A stretch of 64,000 nt of DNA from an uncultured Actinomycetes bacterium (GTDB taxonomy: Bacteria > Actinomycetota > Acidimicrobiia > Acidimicrobiales > JACDEA01). The notes below the pieces were generated by a model, which saw only the letters and a list, made by a program, of their open reading frames with translations, searched no databases and was not told where the DNA came from. The stretch's first letter is position 1; the number at the start of each line of letters is the position of its first letter. The stretch lies in assembly GCA_963742585.1 (NCBI GenBank), contig CAVUMI010000005.1, positions 172,984 through 236,983 of the forward strand, written 5' to 3'. This document shows, piece by piece, positions 30,858 through 41,307 of the stretch. The position numbers were made by a program, and so were the translations under genes.

Positions 30858-32477
30858 TCACTTCGTTATCGGCAACGTCACGCGCGACGGCCGGGCGCCG
30901 CCGAGGTGCACAGTCTGGTGGGCGCCGTGGAGCGACGTCGCCTCGCCGGCGTGAGCATTCGTCGACGGGTTGCGATCGAGCCGCGGAAAATTCGATGACG
31001 ACACGTCCACCCGTATGCGGTGCCCGGCGCGGAAGCAGAGGGCGGTCGACCCTACCGCAACCTCCACGTAACGGGGACGGCCCGGCGTGAACGCCAGACG
31101 GCGTACCGAGTCCACGACGTTGAATGCGCGTCCGTCGGGGTGCACGTCCACCAGCTTGACCGTGACGTCGGCCGACTGGCCTGTGGTCGAGAAGCGGATC
31201 GTGGCCTTAACCGGCCCGATCACCGTGAGGTCGCGGCTCAGGGGATCGGACGTATAGACGAGGACGTCGGGCCGCGCTCTCGACCGGGCGCTGGTCGACG
31301 GGTCCGGCCATCGGCAGGAAGGGACCGAGGGCGCGGCCGCCCCGGGTGGGGACGGGGTCGTGCGGGTCGTAGTCGAAGGTGTCGATCGACCGCGTGGGGG
31401 GTGCCTCGGGAGATCGCAGCGCGCCGCCCGAGCCCAGGTACAGGTCGGTCTCGGTGGCCGGCGGTGGCCAGTCAGTGAAGTCGCGCCACTCGTTCAGGCC
31501 CATGACGAAGAGCCGGGCGCCGCCCTCGACGCTCTCACCATCGACAGCCCGACGCACCCAGCGCAGCGCCTCACCCCGGACATCGGCCGCCGGTCCCGAG
31601 GTCGGACCGAACGCCATCTCCGGAGTCGCGTCGGCGAACAGACCGGCGTGCGTCCACGGTCCGACGACGATGCGCTGACCAGCCCGTCGCGCTCGACGGC
31701 GCCGCGGTGGCCAGGCCTTTCCACGCCCGCAAGGAGCCATCGCAGAACAGGTCGAACCAACCGGCCACGTGGAAGGCGGGCACGTCGATGTGCTTGAACG
31801 CCTTCGCGACCGCCACCGGGCGCCACGTCGGCCGGGGGTCGACGGCCAGCCATTCGGCAAACGCCGGGAACGCGTCGCGCACGGGGTGATCACCGAGCGT
31901 GTGTGAGTAAAGAGCATCGAAATCGGACGCGAGCTCGGCGCGCTGGGCGAGCGCCGCGGGATCCGCACGCGGGTCGCTGGCCGCCATCAGCAGCGCCCAC
32001 GGCATGGCGAAGCCGAGCTGCAGCGCGCCGCCCTCGTAGGTCCAGCCCTCGTCGTACCAGGCCGAGGTGACCATCGGCGCCATCGCCCGGAGGGCGGGCG
32101 GCCGTTCGGCCGCGGCAAGCCACTGGGTCGCGCCGAGGTAGCTCGCGCCCCAGCCGGCGACGCGGCCATCCGACCATGGCTGGCGCGGCGCACCAGGCGA
32201 TGGTGGCGGCGCCGTCCTTGCGTTCCTGGCGGAACGGATCGAACGAACCCTCGGAGTCGAATCGGCCGCGGACGTCCTGGATCACCACCGACCAACCCAG
32301 TTGTGTCAGCCCGACAACGTCCTCGGCGGCGCGTGACGCGGCGCGTGAGTACGGCGTGCGCACCAGAAGTGTGGGCCGGGCGACACCGTTGTCGACGGTG
32401 GCTACGTCGGCGGTCAGCACGGTGCCGTCCCGCATCGGGATCAGCGCCTCCTCGACCCGTATCGCTCCTCCGCCCAT
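30858..32477 (-). pseudogene. CocE/NonD (X-Pro dipeptidyl-peptidase S15) family hydrolase; 3 single-base insertions
   Basis: LVRTPYSRAAS...GWSVVIQDVRGRFDSEG, then the cap domain, then GPWTHAG, then the C-terminal beta-sandwich ...VKLVDVHPDGRAFNV...HRIRVDVSSSNFPRLDRN. ORF ends mod 3 are 2,1,0,2. The start is either 32477 or 32510. Confidence 0.75.
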
Positions 32478-32535
32478 ATCCCCTCTGTGAAGTCTTGTTG
32501 AATCGAACATTACCGTCAGTTACCGTCACACCGCG

Positions 32536-33387
32536 ATGGCTGTTCAGTTAGAGGCCGGTTCGGCCCGAGTAGCGATCTTTCCGGAACACGGCGGCCGGCT
32601 GGGCCAGATCGAGATCGATGGCACGCCTCTGCTCCGCGGCTCCGAAGATGCGCAGCTCGGCTGGGGTTCCTGGGGGAGTTATCCGTTGCTGCCGTGGTCG
32701 AATCGCATCCCCGACGGTCGGTTCGAATTCGAGGGTCGCGAGCTGCGCGTGCCGGTGAACTTCGACGACGGCAGCGCGCTTCACGGACTGACCGCCTGGC
32801 TGCCGTGGACTGTGACCGAGAGCGACGCGACGCGTGTCGGACTCGAAGTGGCGGTAGCCGAAGGTTCATACGACGTCGTCGGTCGCCAGACGTTCGCTCT
32901 CACCGAGACCCACCTCGACCAGACCCTCGAGGTCATCAACCGCGGTACCGACCGGGTGCCGGTCGGGTTGGGGATCCACCCGTGGTTCCGGGTCGGGCCG
33001 GTGCAGGTGCCGGCCGACGAGATGTGGCCGGGCGACGGTCCGATGCCCACCGGGCCGCCGGTGCCGGTCGGTCCCGACGAGGACCTGCGTACCAAGCGCC
33101 TCGCCCCACCGATGGACCGGTGCTACACCGGTCTGAGCGGCATGTCAGCGGAGATCGCCGCCTTGCGGCTCCACTGGTCGGATCCGATCACACAAGTTGT
33201 CGTCTTCAGCGGTGTCTCCGAGTACGTGTGCGTCGAGCCGGTCACCATGGCCAACGACGGCTTCCGCCTCGCCGAGGCAGGTGTGCTCGGCACCGGCGTT
33301 ATCGCCCTCGACCCCGGCGAGTCGACCTCGGTGCTCTATCGCTTCGAATGGAATAGTGGTGCGCATGTCGACCGACCTGGGGTTTGA
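32536..33387 (+). CDS. aldose 1-epimerase family protein
   Basis: 283 aa, intact. ...[22 protein letters not shown]...[11 protein letters not shown]... is typical of the mutarotase fold. Confidence 0.85.
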   Translation: MAVQLEAGSARVAIFPEHGGRLGQIEIDGTPLLRGSEDAQLGWGSWGSYPLLPWSNRIPDGRFEFEGRELRVPVNFDDGSALHGLTAWLPWTVTESDATRVGLEVAVAEGSYDVVGRQTFALTETHLDQTLEVINRGTDRVPVGLGIHPWFRVGPVQVPADEMWPGDGPMPTGPPVPVGPDEDLRTKRLAPPMDRCYTGLSGMSAEIAALRLHWSDPITQVVVFSGVSEYVCVEPVTMANDGFRLAEAGVLGTGVIALDPGESTSVLYRFEWNSGAHVDRPGV

Positions 33388-35158
33388 TCCCGACGCACTC
33401 CGCGCCAAGTACCGCGAGGAACGGGGCAAGCGGATTCGTGAGGACGGGAACGCGCAATACGTCGAGGTCACGGGCCAGTTCGCGCACTACGTCGAGGATC
33501 CGTACGTCGAACGATTCACCCGCGAGCCGCTGTTCGACGAAGTAGAAGTCGTCATCATCGGTGGCGGCTTCGGCGGGCTGCTCGCCGGGGCGCGATTGCG
33601 CGAGGCTGGCGTCGAGGACATTCGCGTCATCGAACGAGGCGGGGACTTCGGGGGCACCTGGTACTGGAACCGCTACCCCGGCGCCATGTGCGACGTCGAG
33701 TCCTACATCTACCTGCCGCTCCTCGAAGAGCTCGACTACGTCCCCACCGAGAAATACGCGCGGGCGCCGGAGATCCTCGCCCACAGCAAAGCGATCGGCG
33801 AGAAGTTCGACCTCTACCGGAACGCGTGCTTCCAGACCGAGGTCACCGAGCTGCGGTGGGACGAGGACAGCGCGCGCTGGATCGTGTCGACCAACAGGGG
33901 CGACCGCATGAAGGCGCATTTCGTCTGCATGCCGACCGGCCCGCTCAATCGACCGAAGCTGCCCGGGATCCCCGGTATCGAAACGTTCAAGGGCCACTCG
34001 TTCCATACCAGCCGGTGGGACTACGGATACACCAGCGGCGACTCCAACGGGAACCTCTCAGGCCTGGCGGGCAAGACCGTCGGCATCATCGGGACCGGCG
34101 CGACGGCGGTGCAGTGCGTGCCCCACCTCGGGGAGGCGGCGGAGCAGCTCTACGTCTTCCAGCGGACGCCGTCGTCGATCGACGTTCGGGCCAACCGACC
34201 CACCGACCCGGAGTGGGCATCGAGCCTCGGGCCGGGCTGGCACCACTACCGGATGGAGAACTTCAACACGCTCGTGTCGGGTGGTATCGCCGACGAGGAC
34301 CTCGTCAACGACGGGTGGACCGACATCATCCGCAAGCTCCTCGTGATGTTGCGGGAGGACGCCGGTGGAGCGGTCGACGCCGACGGCCTGATGAAGACGA
34401 TGGAACTGGCCGACTTTCAGAAGATGGAGCAGATCCGGGCGCGCGTCGACTCGATCGTCGCCGACGACTCCGTCGCGGAATCGCTCAAGCCCTACTACCG
34501 GCAGTTCTGCAAGCGGCCCTGCTTCCACGATGAATACCTCGACACGTTCAACCGGCCCAACGTCACGCTGGTCGACACCAGGGGCCGCGGCGTCGAACGG
34601 ATCACCGAGACCGGCGTGGTGGCCAACGGCGTCGAGTACCAGCTCGATTGCCTCATCTATGCCACCGGCTTCGAGGTGGGCACCGACTACACGCGGCGCG
34701 CCGGCTACGAACTATTCGGCCGCGACGGCGCAACATTGACCACGCGCTGGGCGGACGGCGTGCGGACGATGCACGGCATGCACAGCCGCGGGTTCCCGAA
34801 CTGTTTCATCATGGGCCCGCAGCAGAGCGGGTTCACCGTGAACTTCCCGCACATGCTCGACGAGCAGAGCAAACACATCGCCTATCTCATCAAGCACGCG
34901 GTCGACAACGACATCCGCACGCTCGAGGTCTCCGAGGAGGCCGAGGAGGAGTGGGTCCAGACCGTCCTCCAGGCGGCCGGCATGGGCCGGCAGTTCCTGG
35001 AGGAGTGCACGCCGGGGTACTACAACAACGAAGGCAACCTTTCGGAAGTCGCCGCACAGAACGGCTTCTACGGAGGCGGCTCGGTTGCGTTCTTCAAGAT
35101 CCTCAGCGACTGGCGGGACGAGGGCTCGCTCCGCGGCCTCGACCTCGAGCCGAGCTGA
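33365..35158 (+). CDS. Baeyer-Villiger (type I flavin) monooxygenase
   Basis: ATG 33365. FAD motif [12 protein letters not shown] fingerprint [12 protein letters not shown], second Rossmann motif [11 protein letters not shown]. Confidence 0.9.
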   Translation: MSTDLGFDPDALRAKYREERGKRIREDGNAQYVEVTGQFAHYVEDPYVERFTREPLFDEVEVVIIGGGFGGLLAGARLREAGVEDIRVIERGGDFGGTWYWNRYPGAMCDVESYIYLPLLEELDYVPTEKYARAPEILAHSKAIGEKFDLYRNACFQTEVTELRWDEDSARWIVSTNRGDRMKAHFVCMPTGPLNRPKLPGIPGIETFKGHSFHTSRWDYGYTSGDSNGNLSGLAGKTVGIIGTGATAVQCVPHLGEAAEQLYVFQRTPSSIDVRANRPTDPEWASSLGPGWHHYRMENFNTLVSGGIADEDLVNDGWTDIIRKLLVMLREDAGGAVDADGLMKTMELADFQKMEQIRARVDSIVADDSVAESLKPYYRQFCKRPCFHDEYLDTFNRPNVTLVDTRGRGVERITETGVVANGVEYQLDCLIYATGFEVGTDYTRRAGYELFGRDGATLTTRWADGVRTMHGMHSRGFPNCFIMGPQQSGFTVNFPHMLDEQSKHIAYLIKHAVDNDIRTLEVSEEAEEEWVQTVLQAAGMGRQFLEECTPGYYNNEGNLSEVAAQNGFYGGGSVAFFKILSDWRDEGSLRGLDLEPS

Positions 35159-35160
35159 CG

Positions 35161-35985
35161 ATGAGCGAGTTCGATCCCGGTACGCCGCCGGCGAGTGGCT
35201 TCGCCGTCATGCTCAGCGACGATCAGATCGACGAGTTTCATCGGCAGGGATTCACTCACATCGACCGCATCACCACCGACGAAGAGCTGGCCTGGTTGGC
35301 GCCGCTCTACGACCACCTCTTCGACCGCAAGGGCGCGTTTCGGGGTGGGTATTTCGATCTCTCGCGTCCGTACGACAGCGACGGCGACGACCTCGTCCCG
35401 CAGGTGCTGGCGCCCGAAGTCAAGTTCCCGCAGCTGCGCGAGACCACGCTGTTTCGCAACGCGCTGGCCATCGGCGCGCAGCTACTCGGCGTGGCCGAGA
35501 CCGACGTCAAGTCGTGGAGCCACATGATCCTCAAGCCGCCCCGCATCGGCGGTGAGCTGCCCTGGCACCAGGACGAGGCGTACTGGGACACCGGGATGCG
35601 GTATCGCGCGCTCGGCTGCTGGGTCCCGCTCGACCCGGCGACGGTCGAGAGCGGATGCCTGCATTTCCTGCCGGGCTCACACAATGACGGTGTGCGCACA
35701 CACCGTCACATCGACGACGACCCGAACGTGCACGGGTTGCTCACCGAGGGCGTTGACGACGCGGCCGCGGTGCCGGTACCGATGGAACCCGGCGGAGCGT
35801 CGTTCCACCACTGCCGCACACTGCATCGGTCCACGCCGAACACGAGCGGTCACGTTCGCCGGGCGTGGGCCAATGAACTGCAACTCGACCCGGTCCCCCT
35901 GGCCGCCGACGATGTCCCCGAACGCCCGTGGGTCAGGGACGGCAAGCAAGCCTGGGAGAACCGGGCGGTCTACAAGAAGACTTAA
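35161..35985 (+). CDS. PhyH-family Fe(II)/2-oxoglutarate dioxygenase
   Basis: ATG 35161. ...LPWHQDEAYW... supplies the HxD motif and ...FHHCRTLHRSTPN... the distal His. Confidence 0.85.
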   Translation: MSEFDPGTPPASGFAVMLSDDQIDEFHRQGFTHIDRITTDEELAWLAPLYDHLFDRKGAFRGGYFDLSRPYDSDGDDLVPQVLAPEVKFPQLRETTLFRNALAIGAQLLGVAETDVKSWSHMILKPPRIGGELPWHQDEAYWDTGMRYRALGCWVPLDPATVESGCLHFLPGSHNDGVRTHRHIDDDPNVHGLLTEGVDDAAAVPVPMEPGGASFHHCRTLHRSTPNTSGHVRRAWANELQLDPVPLAADDVPERPWVRDGKQAWENRAVYKKT

Positions 35986-37259
35986 CCACGCGTCGTCGCC
36001 TTCTCGGCCATGTCGGCCCAGGCCGCATACTCCGGGTCGGACGCCAGGAGTTCGGCGTACTTCTTCTTGGCCTCTTCGCGCTTGGCCGGGATGTACTCGC
36101 TCGGCCACAGGCCAGGATGCGGGCGGTACTCCTTAAGGACGTTGCGGGCAACGGTGACCTTGTGGACCTCGTCGACGCCGTCGGCGATGCCCATCGTCGG
36201 CGCCGCCGCGTACATCGCCTGGAGGGGTGTGAGGTTGGTGGTGCCGAGCGAGCCCATGATGTGGAGCGCGCGGTACAACACGTCGCGCAGCACCTTGCCC
36301 ATCGTGTACTTGCACGCGGCGATCTGCGTACGGGACTCCTGGGTGCTGGAGTTGTCGATCGTCCAGGCCGTCCAGAGCACCATCAACCGGAGCATGTTGA
36401 TCTCGGCGTAAGAGTCGGCGATCGCCTCTTGGACCATCTGGTGGTCGGCGATGATCTTGCCGTGCGACTCGCGGCTCAGCGCTCGCTCGCACATCATGTC
36501 GAACGCCCGCTTGCAGTTGGCAATCGTCCGCATGGCGTGATGGATGCGACCGCCGCCCAGCCGCCGCTGCGCAAGAACCTTGGCCCCGTCCTCCGGCCCG
36601 AGCAGGTGATCGAGCGGGATCCGGACGTCGTTGTAAATGATGTGACTGTGCGTTGCCGGGAACGGCTGTATCTCAACGCCCGGTGTCTCCTTGGGCACCA
36701 CGAACATGCCGTTGGTGCACATCACGAAGAGGATGTCGGCATGGCGCCCGCCGCTGGTGAACCACTTCTCGCCGTTGATCACCCACTCCTCGCCGTCGCG
36801 GACGGCGTGGGACTTGAACAGGTTGGGATCGGAGCCGCCCTGCGGCTCGGTCATGGAGTACGCCGACCAGATCTCCTGGTTCATCAGCGGGTACAGCCAT
36901 CGGTCCTTCTGCTCGTCAGTGCCGTACGCGGCGAGCATCTCCATGTTCCCGGTGTCGGGCGCCTGCGTGCCGAAGATCACCGGCGCCGACCCGTACCGAC
37001 CGAGGATCTCGTTGATTAGGGCGAGCTTCAGCTGACCGAAGCCCGGCCCGCCCAGCTCCTTGTCGAGGAACAGCGCCCATAGCCCCTGATCCTTAACCTG
37101 CTGCTTGAGCGGATCGGCCAGCGCCTTGCCCTTGGGGTTGCGCGTGTACGCCGCGCCCGGGAACACCAGATCGAGTGGCTCGATCTCGGTTCGACAAAAC
37201 TCCTCGACCCAGTCGAGCTGCTTCTGAAACTCGGGTTCAGTCGAAAAATCCCACGCCAT
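35982..37259 (-). CDS. acyl-CoA dehydrogenase
   Basis: 425 aa, intact. It contains YSMTEPQGGSDP and has typical ACAD length and organisation. Confidence 0.9.
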   Translation of the reverse strand: MAWDFSTEPEFQKQLDWVEEFCRTEIEPLDLVFPGAAYTRNPKGKALADPLKQQVKDQGLWALFLDKELGGPGFGQLKLALINEILGRYGSAPVIFGTQAPDTGNMEMLAAYGTDEQKDRWLYPLMNQEIWSAYSMTEPQGGSDPNLFKSHAVRDGEEWVINGEKWFTSGGRHADILFVMCTNGMFVVPKETPGVEIQPFPATHSHIIYNDVRIPLDHLLGPEDGAKVLAQRRLGGGRIHHAMRTIANCKRAFDMMCERALSRESHGKIIADHQMVQEAIADSYAEINMLRLMVLWTAWTIDNSSTQESRTQIAACKYTMGKVLRDVLYRALHIMGSLGTTNLTPLQAMYAAAPTMGIADGVDEVHKVTVARNVLKEYRPHPGLWPSEYIPAKREEAKKKYAELLASDPEYAAWADMAEKATTRG

Positions 37260-37304
37260 TGCTGCTCCTGTCGTCTGAGTCGAACAGACATTAGGTCGCG
37301 GCTT

Positions 37305-38732
37305 CTAGCTGGTGCTGCGCACGACAACGATCGTCACGTCATCGACGAGACCGTCGGGGCAGTGGCGAAACAAGGCGCTGACGACCTCCTCCAGCGTGGC
37401 GTGGGCCGACGCGCTGGCGGTGGCAACGACCGCTTGGCGCACGGGCTTGATGCCGAAATCGCGGCCCTCGCTGTCCCGAGCCTCGGTCAAGCCGTCGCTG
37501 TAGAGCACGAGCGTGTCGCCGGCGACAAACGGTAGGGCGCCGACCCGCCACTCGCCGGGGAACGGGCCGATGAGCGGTCCGGTCGGCGCGAGCTCGGTTG
37601 CGTTGCCCCGGGTGTCGATCAACATTGGCGGCGGGTGGCCGGCATTGCCGTAGCGACAGGAACCCAAGGCGGCATCGAGGGCCACTACCACGGCGGTCAC
37701 GAAGTCGCTGTTGTCGCCAAACCGCCGTGCCGCCAGGTCGAGGCTGGCGCCCGGGTCGAGACCAAGGTTGGCGCCGTCGAGCAGCGCGAACTTTGTCCGC
37801 ACTGCGGATATGCCGGTCGAGGCACCGTGACCACACACATCGCCGACGCTGATCATCAGTTGGTCGCCGCGGCGAGTGACGTCGTACCAGTCGCCGGCCA
37901 GGACACCCTCGGCTGGTAGGAGCGTCGCGGCGATGTCGAGTCCCCTCGGCGGTTCCGCTTCCGCCGGTGCGAGCAGCTCGCGCAACGCGGCTACGGCGGG
38001 GGCGTCCTGATCCACCGCTTCGCCGGCCCGCTCGCGGGCATCGCGTTCGCGAAGAATGCTGGTGCGCATGCGCTCGGCGGCGGCACCGAGTTCCATGAGA
38101 TCGCGCGCGCCGACCAGCCGGACGGGCCGGTGAATGTCTCCCTCACCGATCGCGTCGATGTCGGCGTGCAGCTGGCCGATCGGCACGACGACCCAGCGAC
38201 GCAGGGCGATGCTGCCGATGATCAGTAGGACGGTCGCCGCCGCGGTCGCGGCGATGACGCTGTCGAAGAACTGGTTCCGGCTTCGTGCGGTCGCGACGAC
38301 TGAGTCGACGACGACCACTCGGGTGGCTTCCGCGAGCGCGTCGATGCTCCCCTCCGCGCGCGCGTAGGCGGCGGGATCCCCGCCCGAGGTGTGCCAGTCG
38401 CTAACCATCTGGCGCACGCGTACGAACGGCAGCCGCAACCGCGGCTCGCGCCCGATGGCCGCTGCTACTCGGGCCACCACCGCATCGGTCTCCTCGGCGG
38501 TGACCGCGGCGTCGCGCTGGCCCTTCAACGACCCGGCGAGGTGGGCGATCTCGCCGCTGGCGAGGACCAGCGGGTCGCGTCGCATCACGTCGCGACGGAG
38601 ACGCGAGGCGGTCACGCCCATGAACGTGACGACGACCAGCAATACCAGCGTCAACGAGGCGACGAGCAGCTGGAGCCGGCGCTGCAGCGTCATCCTCGGC
38701 CTGGCTCGCGGTTCCGTCCCCACCTGGGCCAA
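37305..38732 (-). CDS. membrane-anchored HAMP + PP2C (SpoIIE-type) serine phosphatase
   Basis: TTG start, N-terminal TM LQLLVASLTLVLLVVVTFMGV, second TM plus HAMP, and a PP2C core ...AGDWYDV...VGDVCGHG...LVLYSDGLTEA. Confidence 0.85.
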   Translation of the reverse strand: MAQVGTEPRARPRMTLQRRLQLLVASLTLVLLVVVTFMGVTASRLRRDVMRRDPLVLASGEIAHLAGSLKGQRDAAVTAEETDAVVARVAAAIGREPRLRLPFVRVRQMVSDWHTSGGDPAAYARAEGSIDALAEATRVVVVDSVVATARSRNQFFDSVIAATAAATVLLIIGSIALRRWVVVPIGQLHADIDAIGEGDIHRPVRLVGARDLMELGAAAERMRTSILRERDARERAGEAVDQDAPAVAALRELLAPAEAEPPRGLDIAATLLPAEGVLAGDWYDVTRRGDQLMISVGDVCGHGASTGISAVRTKFALLDGANLGLDPGASLDLAARRFGDNSDFVTAVVVALDAALGSCRYGNAGHPPPMLIDTRGNATELAPTGPLIGPFPGEWRVGALPFVAGDTLVLYSDGLTEARDSEGRDFGIKPVRQAVVATASASAHATLEEVVSALFRHCPDGLVDDVTIVVVRSTS

Positions 38733-38747
38733 TGGTTAGCAGGCGAG

Positions 38748-38785
38748 TGCGCACGAACCGGCGTCTACAGCCCGGTTCGTGCACA
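38748..38785. promoter_or_regulatory. inverted repeat in divergent promoter region (candidate operator)
   Basis: tgcgcacgaaccgg - 10 nt - ccggttcgtgcaca (13 of 14 paired), lying between the PP2C gene start 38732 and the esterase start 38808. Confidence 0.3.
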
Positions 38786-38807
38786 CTCCGCCCGGTAAGT
38801 TGCACCG

Positions 38808-40118
38808 GTGAGGTCTGCCCGATTGCTCGCCGTCGTGGTGATGGCGGCGCTTCTGCCGTTGGTGGCATCGACGCCGGCGCGCGCCGACGCCGAGGTGGTC
38901 GCCGAGCAGCGGCTGTCGGCCCGCCTCACCGAGTTGCAGGTCTACAGCCCGGCGCTGGCCCGCGTGACCACGGTTCGGGTGCTCACGCCCGCCGGCTTCG
39001 ATGCATCCCGTGATCACCTGCCGGTGCTGTTCCTCCTTCACGGCGGGTTCGGCAACGCCGCCGACTGGACTGCGGCCGGGAAGGCGGTCACCCTCACGGA
39101 GGGCCTGCCGTTGATTGTTGTCATGCCCTACGGCGGCATCGGTGGTTGGTACACCGACTGGCGTCACAACACCATGGAGGGCAAGCAGCGCTGGGAGACG
39201 TATCACGTCGATGAGCTGCGGCGGTTCATCGAGGCGCGCTACCGGACTCGCACCGACCGGGCGGGTCGGGCGGTGGTGGGGTTGTCGATGGGGGGCTTCG
39301 GCGCGATGCATTACGCGACACGCCATCCCGATCTGTTCGGCTTCGCCGCGGCGTTCTCTGGCGCGGTGGACTTGCTCCACCCCGGGGTGTCGGGAATCGT
39401 GGGCATATCGCCGCTCGCTCATGCCGGCCTCTTTACCGACATCTTCGGCGATCGTCTACTCGAGGAGACGCGCTGGCGCGCTCACAATCCGGTCGACCTT
39501 GCCGCCAACCTGGCGACGGTCGAGACGCAGTTGCGGACCGGGAACGGCATGCCCGGCGGTCGGTTCGGCGGCGGGCGCGACATCCAGGAGATGGGTGTTT
39601 CCCAGGCCACGGCGAAGCTGCACAACCGGCTCACCCAGCTCGGTATCGCGGACGTCTACGACGATTACGGCCCTGGCGCGCATACGTGGGATTACTGGGC
39701 CGACGATCTGCGCGTCACGCTGCCGCGGATCGTGGCGTCGGCGGCGGAGCATCGGGCCGCGCCGACCACGATCGACCACATCGCCTTTGAGCCCGCGTTC
39801 TCGGTGTGGGGCTTCGATGTCCGTTTGGCCCGCACGTCGCTCGAAGTCACGAAGCTCTCGGTTCGCCCCGACGGGTTCGGATTGCGGGGGAGCGGCCGCG
39901 GAACGGTGACCACGCCGGCGCGGTACACACCGGGCCAGGTGGTCAGAGCTGTCGTCACGCGCGCTGGTATACAGAGTTACTTCGATGTTCGGGCCGGCGC
40001 CGACGGGCGGCTCATCGTCCCGGTGAATCTCGGGCCCGCCAACCTGCTGGATCAGTACCTGCTCGGGACGGCGCTACCCGTGACACAAAACGTGGTCGAG
40101 GTCGAGCTCGAGGACTGA
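38808..40118 (+). CDS. secreted esterase-D / antigen-85-like alpha/beta hydrolase with extra C-terminal domain
   Basis: Signal peptide LLAVVVMAALLPLVASTPARA, then LFLLHGGFGNAADW and the nucleophile elbow GLSMGGFGA. Confidence 0.8.
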   Translation: MRSARLLAVVVMAALLPLVASTPARADAEVVAEQRLSARLTELQVYSPALARVTTVRVLTPAGFDASRDHLPVLFLLHGGFGNAADWTAAGKAVTLTEGLPLIVVMPYGGIGGWYTDWRHNTMEGKQRWETYHVDELRRFIEARYRTRTDRAGRAVVGLSMGGFGAMHYATRHPDLFGFAAAFSGAVDLLHPGVSGIVGISPLAHAGLFTDIFGDRLLEETRWRAHNPVDLAANLATVETQLRTGNGMPGGRFGGGRDIQEMGVSQATAKLHNRLTQLGIADVYDDYGPGAHTWDYWADDLRVTLPRIVASAAEHRAAPTTIDHIAFEPAFSVWGFDVRLARTSLEVTKLSVRPDGFGLRGSGRGTVTTPARYTPGQVVRAVVTRAGIQSYFDVRAGADGRLIVPVNLGPANLLDQYLLGTALPVTQNVVEVELED

Positions 40119-41300
40119 GTGTTGCGGCTTGGCGACAGCGAGCGGCGTGCGCGACTTGCCGTGCGCCACCATCTCGCGCCGACCGCCCGCGTGGCCGACG
40201 TGACGACCGTGGCCGGCGACCTGGTTGGCCTCCATGCCAGCGATCCGGCCAGCGTGTACCTGTCGACCGCGACGCGGCTGAAGCGACCGGCCACGGCGGT
40301 CGCCGATTTGGAGCGCGCTCTGTACGACGACCGCACCCTCGTCAAGACGCTCTGTATGCGGCGCACGATGTTCGTCGTGCCGCTCGGTCTCGTGCCCGTC
40401 GTGCAGGCCGCGTGTACCGATGCGCTCGTACCCGGAGAGCGCAAGCGCTTGGTCCAGATGCTCGAGGAGAACGACGTGACGACCGACGGGGCGCGCTGGC
40501 TGGAGGACGTCGAGGTCCGGACGGTCGCCGAGCTAGAAGCGCGCGGCGAGGCAACGGGCGCCGAACTCTCCAAAGCGGTGCCCGGCCTGAGCGAGCAGCT
40601 GGCGTTCGGCGAGGGCAAGACGTGGGAGGGCACGGTCGGTGTGTCGACCCGCGTGCTGTTCCTGTTGTCGACCGCGCAGCGCGTGGCGCGTGGTCGGCCG
40701 AAGGGATCGTGGACGAGCACCCAGTACCGCTGGGCACCGATGGAGCGATGGTTTCCGGACGGTGTGCACGCGATGCCGGTGGGCGAGGCCCGCGTTGAAC
40801 TCGTCCGCCGCTGGCTGGCGACCTATGGGCCGGGCACGACCGCCGACGTCAAGTGGTGGACCGGTTGGCCCCTCGGCCACACGAAGGCCGCGCTGGGCGC
40901 GTCGGGCGCGGTCGAAGTCGAGCTCGACGATGGCGTGGGCTGGGTGTTGCCGGGCGATGAGGCGCCGACGCGCGCGCCGAAGCCGTGGGTCGCGCTCCTG
41001 CCAGCGTTGGATCCCGCGGCAATGGGCTGGCAGCAACGCGGTTGGTACCTGGGCGAACACAAGACCGTTCACTACGACCGAAACGGCAACGCCGGGCCGA
41101 CGGTGTGGGCCGACGGCCGCATCGTCGGCGGCTGGACGCAGCGTCGCAGCGGCGAGATTGTCTACGAACTGCAGGAGGACGTCGGCCGAGAGGCGGTATC
41201 GGCCATCGACCGCGCCGCGGCCGACCTACAAACCTGGTTCGGCAACGTTCGCATCATCCCCCGCTTCACCTCACCCCTCGAGAAGCGTCTACGGGCGTAG
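40119..41300 (+). CDS. winged-helix DNA glycosylase-like protein (YcaQ/AlkZ family)
   Basis: 393 aa. ...VAGDLVGLHASDPASVYLS...LYDDRTLVKTLCMRRTMFVV... has the family pattern as I recall it. Confidence 0.75.
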   Translation: MLRLGDSERRARLAVRHHLAPTARVADVTTVAGDLVGLHASDPASVYLSTATRLKRPATAVADLERALYDDRTLVKTLCMRRTMFVVPLGLVPVVQAACTDALVPGERKRLVQMLEENDVTTDGARWLEDVEVRTVAELEARGEATGAELSKAVPGLSEQLAFGEGKTWEGTVGVSTRVLFLLSTAQRVARGRPKGSWTSTQYRWAPMERWFPDGVHAMPVGEARVELVRRWLATYGPGTTADVKWWTGWPLGHTKAALGASGAVEVELDDGVGWVLPGDEAPTRAPKPWVALLPALDPAAMGWQQRGWYLGEHKTVHYDRNGNAGPTVWADGRIVGGWTQRRSGEIVYELQEDVGREAVSAIDRAAADLQTWFGNVRIIPRFTSPLEKRLRA

Positions 41301-41307
41301 CGCTCGG

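Noticed and set aside
18440-32100. Programmed +1 ribosomal frameshifting or an alternative decoding system as an explanation for the one-signed frame hops.
   Set aside because: About 60 sites in eight unrelated genes on both strands have no shared slippery or stimulatory context beyond short homopolymers. Flanking genes in the same operon style are read normally. Indel error or recent mutation is far more economical.
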